From NCBI GenBank assembly GCA_963708025.1, contig CAVPSB010000002.1, forward strand, positions 96,001 through 160,000: a stretch of 64,000 bases of DNA. Reading direction: 5' to 3'. Of this stretch, positions 60,291 to 64,000 are shown piece after piece. The notes beneath the pieces were generated by a model. The model was not told the origin of the DNA and did no database searches. It saw only the letters and a program-made list of their open reading frames with translations. Origin of the DNA: an uncultured Candidatus Rokubacteria bacterium. Lineage in GTDB: Bacteria > Methylomirabilota > Methylomirabilia > Rokubacteriales > DASRDR01. The translations under genes and the position numbers were made by a program. The stretch's first letter is position 1; the number at the start of each line of letters is the position of its first letter.

Positions 60291-60533
60291 ATGAGTCGAG
60301 CTCAGCCGCGCCAGTTCTGGTGCCCGGTGGTGTCCGAATCGGTGCTGATCCGGCTGAAGCGGCCGGGTGGACTGTCGCGATCATCGGGGTACTTCGTCCA
60401 GTGCAACCAGGAAGAGTGCCAGTACGTTGACGAGAACAAGCCGCCGTGTCCGCTGCACGCTGGCATGTTCACCGACGAGATCGCGGCCGTCGAGGAAGCG
60501 CGGGCGGCCCGGCGCGACCTCGGGGACCGCTAA
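60291..60533 (+). CDS. small Cys-rich hypothetical protein
   Basis: FWCPV...YFVQCNQEECQYVDENKPPCPL, with typical codon usage. Confidence 0.6.
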   Translation: MSRAQPRQFWCPVVSESVLIRLKRPGGLSRSSGYFVQCNQEECQYVDENKPPCPLHAGMFTDEIAAVEEARAARRDLGDR

Positions 60534-60650
60534 GGACCTTCGGGGGGGCCGCTCCTCCCGGCAGGACGCGCCGTTCGACGGTGACCCTCGCAATCGGCGT
60601 CGGCCACCCCGCATGGAAGGGAACCTTCCGGTGCCGGAAATGGGGGAGCC

Positions 60651-60872
60651 ATGGCCACGCCTCACTTGCTGTGCCCCGCGTGTTCGCGCCCGATCCTGCC
60701 CGGCGGACCCCGTGTTCCTGGACACGGAGCGCCGGCTCACGCGAAATGTCTGGACTCGCCCGGCTCCATCAATACCTGGCCGGAGGGAGTTCGCCATCTC
60801 CTCTGCCTGAACTGCGGTCGGGCCTTCGAGAGCGACTCGAAGGCCCAGCGTCTCTGCCGGCCCTGCCGGTAG
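60651..60872 (+). CDS. small zinc-finger-like protein
   Basis: CPAC...HAKC...CLNC...CRPC, with a GGGGGAG RBS. Confidence 0.55.
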   Translation: MATPHLLCPACSRPILPGGPRVPGHGAPAHAKCLDSPGSINTWPEGVRHLLCLNCGRAFESDSKAQRLCRPCR

Positions 60873-60931
60873 CGGGTCACGCGAGACCGGTCGGTCGCTG
60901 AGACGGGACGCGGCCGCGCCCCGCGCGCCGC

Positions 60932-61790
60932 TCAGGGGCCGCGCCGCGGACCGCCGGCACCGGCGGTGATGGGCCGCAGCTGCGGCCCCTGGGGCGTGTC
61001 CTCGACCGCGAAGCCCAGCGCCTTGATCTCCGCGCGGAGCGCGTCGGCCTCGGCGAACCGTCGCTCGCGCCGGAGCCGCTCGCGCTCGTCGGCGAGCGCC
61101 GCCGCCCGGTCGCGGTCGCGCCCCCCCGCCGCCACCCGGAGGGTGTCCAGCTCGCGCAGCCGCTGGGCCGCGTGCCCGAGCTGGAGGCCGAAGACGCGGT
61201 CCATCGCCTGCACGGTTGGCGCCACCTGGGCCGGCGGCGCGTCCGACCGCACGGCGTCCCACAGGGCCGCCAGCCCCCGCGCCGTGTTGACGTCGGCGGC
61301 GATCGCCTCCTCGAACGCCGCCAGGGGCGCGGCCAGCGGCGCCGCTTCTGCCGGCGCCGGCAGCTCCCGGCAGCGCTGCCACAGCCGCTCCAGCCCGGCC
61401 TGGGCGGCCGCCAGCGCCTCCCACGTGAAGTTCAGCTCGTTGCGGTACAGGCTGGAGAGGAAGAGGTAGCGCAAGGCGAAGGGGCTGACGCCGCGGGCGA
61501 CGACGTCCTCGATGGTGTAGAGGTTGCCGAGCGACTTCGACATCTTCTGGCCGTCCACGAGCAGGAAGGCGGAGTGGAGCCAGTAGCGGACGAACGGCCG
61601 GCCGGTGGCCGCCTCCGACTGGGCGATCTCGTTGGTGTGGTGCACGGGGACGTGGTCGATCCCGCCGGTGTGGATGTCGAGCGTCTCCCCCAGGTAGCGC
61701 ATGCTCATGGCGGAGCACTCGATGTGCCAGCCGGGGAAGCCCTCGCCCCACGGGCTCGGCCACTTCATGATGTGGGTGGGCTGTTTTCAC
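60932..61790 (-). pseudogene. cysS: cysteinyl-tRNA synthetase, 5'-truncated (C-terminal half only)
   Basis: WPSPWGEGFPGWHIECSAM, DIHTGGIDH...HHTNEIAQ, KMSKS and ADALRAEI motifs. The HIGH-containing N-terminal half is absent. Confidence 0.85.
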
Positions 61791-61922
61791 GTGCCGACGC
61801 CCACGTGCCTCACGGATGCGCTCGGCTGGCCTGGGGGAACCACCGTTGCGCGGTTGCTGCGCGCCAGCGTTCTTCAGTACACTCCACGTCGTTGGATGAT
61901 CCCGGGGTGAGGGAGGCCGGGG

Positions 61923-62630
61923 ATTTTCGACACCAGCGACGAGAGAGTCGTCCCCGAGACCCGCATCGGATTCTGGTTCCTCGGCACGCACACGTGGGTG
62001 ACCCGCGTCCTCCGGGTCGCCCTCGACGATCTCGATCGCTTGTTCCCGAATCGCCGGGCGAGCTACCCCGTCGTGCTCGACGCCGGATGTGGACAGGGCC
62101 GGTCGTTCAAGCTGCTGTGTGAGCGGTTCGCCCCGGAGCGCATCATCGCGATCGACGCTGAGGAGCGATGCCTGGAGCGGGCCCGCGCGGAGGTGGCGCG
62201 AGAGCGGCTGCCGGTTGACGTTCGCTTCGGCACGCTCGGCACGATCGATCTGCCCGACGACAGCGTGGATCTCCTCTTCTGTCACCAGACGTTCCATCAT
62301 CTGGCGCATCAGGAGCGAGCCTTGCGCGAGTTCTATCGGGTGCTGAAGCCGGGCGGGATCTTTTTGTTCGCGGAGTCGACCCGCGCTTACATCCATTCGT
62401 GGATCATTCGCTTGCTGTTCCGCCATCCGATGGACGCGCAGCGCAGCGCCGACGAGTACATGGCGATGATTCGCGCCCAGGGGTTCGTGTTTCAGCCGGA
62501 GAACACGTCGTTCCCGTACCTGTGGTGGAGCCGCTGGGACCTGGGCGCGCTCGAGTGGCTCGGCTTCCCCCCGCCGAAGCACCGCGAGGAAACGCTGATC
62601 AATCTGGTGGCTCGGAAGCCCACCGGCTGA
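61923..62630 (+). CDS. class I SAM-dependent methyltransferase; probable ATT start
   Basis: VLDAGCGQG, CHQTFHH and RVLKPGG motifs. A protein-like N-terminus VPETRIGFWFLGTHTW lies upstream of the first GTG. Confidence 0.85.
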   Translation: MFDTSDERVVPETRIGFWFLGTHTWVTRVLRVALDDLDRLFPNRRASYPVVLDAGCGQGRSFKLLCERFAPERIIAIDAEERCLERARAEVARERLPVDVRFGTLGTIDLPDDSVDLLFCHQTFHHLAHQERALREFYRVLKPGGIFLFAESTRAYIHSWIIRLLFRHPMDAQRSADEYMAMIRAQGFVFQPENTSFPYLWWSRWDLGALEWLGFPPPKHREETLINLVARKPTG

Positions 62631-62860
62631 GCAGGCGGCGCCCGTCAGGCCTGGGGGATCCACTCACGGACGGGCCGGCCGCCGCCGCGGCCAGGGGTCA
62701 CTCGGCGCCAGGGCGCCGTTGCCCCTCCGGCCCGAGCACGCTACACTCCGGCCACCTGCCGATCCGCCGACCGGGGGGCTCCGGGCGGCCCGGCAGGCTC
62801 GGGGAGGTCAAGCCGTAGAACGTCACCCGGAACCACGCAGAGCAAAGGGGAGTCACCTCA

Positions 62861-63751
<891 letters not shown>

Positions 63752-63843
63752 TCGGGGGTCGCTCACGCCCGGGGACCGGAGGAAAAACCCGAGCGGACGA
63801 CCGGGCGGCCGGCTACCGGCCGCCCGGTCCATCATGGGCTCCG

Positions 63844-63985
63844 CTACGGAGCGACCTCGATCTTGGAGATGACCTTCTTGCCGTCCTTCTCCTCGTAGCT
63901 GGCCTTCACCATCGACCCTTCCTTGATCTGAGCGCTCTCCTTGACCGTGGCCGGCACGGTCAGTTGCGTGCCGTCCTCTCGCCAT
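63844..63985 (-). pseudogene. DUF1344-like small beta-barrel protein, internally deleted/frameshifted
   Basis: GGGAGG RBS plus ATG is out of frame with EDGTQLTVPATVKESAQIKEGSMVKASYEEKDGKKVISKIEVAP*. No signal peptide or first half is present. Confidence 0.5.
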
Positions 63986-64000
63986 GCTCTGATCCTCCCT

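Overview
This is a 64 kb window of very GC-rich bacterial DNA. Gene content and style (sigma54-AAA/STAND/TPR fusion, two LLM oxidoreductases, peptide and sugar ABC systems, RRM proteins) suggest a soil Methylomirabilota/Rokubacteria-like organism; that assignment is inference only. About 55 CDSs are recognisable, mostly metabolic, transport and signalling genes. There are also several abruptly truncated gene remnants (xth, cysS, dppC, DUF1344-like), a truncated ISNCY/IS1202-like element, a DUF222/HNH gene, a broken type III R-M locus with an in-frame Mod-Res deletion-fusion, and a lower-GC DUF5131 + TcmP pair. Many single-base frameshifts suggest long-read indel errors. No rRNA, tRNA or CRISPR array was seen. 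The most notable signals are: (1) a dispersed family of structured intergenic repeats built on a GGACGGCCTTCGGCC core, whose two ~200-bp copies show compensatory base-pair changes and whose ~90-bp copies supply ribosome-binding sites and protein C-termini; (2) a sigma54 -24/-12 promoter facing away from a giant enhancer-binding/STAND/TPR gene and driving three small uncharacterised membrane proteins; (3) three genes that appear to start at ATC, ATT and ATA codons behind strong Shine-Dalgarno sites; (4) a heme-c-sensor cyclase with a guanylate-cyclase-type specificity residue. All family assignments come from recalled motifs, not database searches.
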